Part shown: positions 63,082 to 64,000 of the stretch, piece after piece
How the letters are laid out: every line of letters begins with the position of its first letter
Numbering within the stretch: position 1 is the first letter of the stretch
DNA from: Cycas panzhihuaensis
Lineage: Eukaryota; Plantae; Cycadophyta
Direction: 5' to 3'
DNA: 64,000 bases
NCBI GenBank assembly: GCA_023213395.1
Contig: CM041465.1
Span: 171,127,741 to 171,191,740 of the forward strand
Made by a program: the position numbers and the translations under genes
Notes under the pieces: generated by a model
What the model saw: the letters and a program-made list of their open reading frames with translations, nothing else
The model's database searches: none
Told to the model about the DNA's origin: nothing

Positions 63082-64000
63082 TAGGTTCAAAATTTTTAAT
63101 TCTAATCAATTCTAACTACAGATGTTCTTATGTGTATTTATTAGCCTTGAACAATTACTATTATCTATTACATATATGCATACATTTACATTTTGATATT
63201 AGTTACATAGATGAAGTAAATTGGGGATAGGTGTAGTTAGTGCTTTCACTAACACCTTGAAGATGATTCATATGTAGAGTGATTTAAATTTTTTAAAACT
63301 ATATACAAATATAAGAGCCATTTAAATGAAAAAGGTGATATTAATTTTTAAATGTAGTTTTGATTTTAAAAATAATTTTGGTCTTCATTGTTAGCATATG
63401 CAAGTGTGAATCTAAAAGCAATTGTTCCATTTATTGTCTTTATTATTGGAAAAGTCCTATATTCATGCAAAATGAAGAATTAAAGTAGAAGAAAATATTT
63501 AGTGTATCTAAAAGTTGCTTTTAGAATTATTTTGATTTATGGAGCCTTACCCTATTAACATTTAGGGTTAAATATAAACACCTACCACGACTTTGAACAA
63601 GCTTAGACACATGAAAAAGTAAGTTTTTGTACCCTTAAAAGGAACTTGTGCACACTAAGTAGATGTGCTTATTTAGGAAATCAAACCCTTATACCTTAGT
63701 CATTATGACATAGGTTTCACATTTTTTGGGCAATATTTTCAAGGATAAGACCATGAAAGGAGAGAGGTAATGATGAATTTTAGAAATAACAATATATATC
63801 TTGATTTTATGTATAAGTTTTTTAAGGAGACATGAACATAAGCATATGAACTTCTCTTTACTTGGGCATTTCCACCTTAGTGTACCTCTAGTTATTGTCC
63901 TATATTGTGCACTTATTATGACTCTCTTACCTATCTTATTTTTAGTATTTATGTACCATTTTCAAGGATTAAATGGAGGAATACAAGAAGTGACGATAGA
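63082..64000 (+). repeat. Paralog of the RLK upstream region 34780-35696, running off the window
   Basis: Colinear, ~91% identity by spot check. Confidence 0.95.

Overview
Repeat-dominated, very AT-rich intergenic DNA from a seed plant. A gymnosperm is likely, inferred from the HHDCFEQVVHCD-type LRR-XII kinase and the TE families. No intact host gene is present. Main architecture: (1) an ~18-kb block of nested, heavily C>T-eroded LTR-retrotransposon remnants occurs twice in direct orientation (730-18679 and 38815-61422, ~95% identical by spot check). Only the second copy carries a young 5'-truncated L1-type LINE (39088-44604, minus strand). (2) The ~20 kb between the copies holds a chimeric NUP43 gene fragment, a near-complete decayed Copia, two related LTR 5' ends facing each other across giant TA/CA arrays, a tRNA-derived SINE with a 17-bp TSD, and a non-RD LRR-XII receptor-kinase pseudogene whose ectodomain collapsed in frame to 2 LRRs. 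(3) The window ends in an older paralogous copy of the kinase upstream region, suggesting a tandem RLK cluster. The best candidate for an undescribed system is the repeated coupling of kb-scale, internally palindromic TA arrays to LTR/PBS ends, including a Gag-only element that carries such an array beside its PBS. All protein-family calls come from recognising motifs by eye and need HMM/BLAST confirmation.
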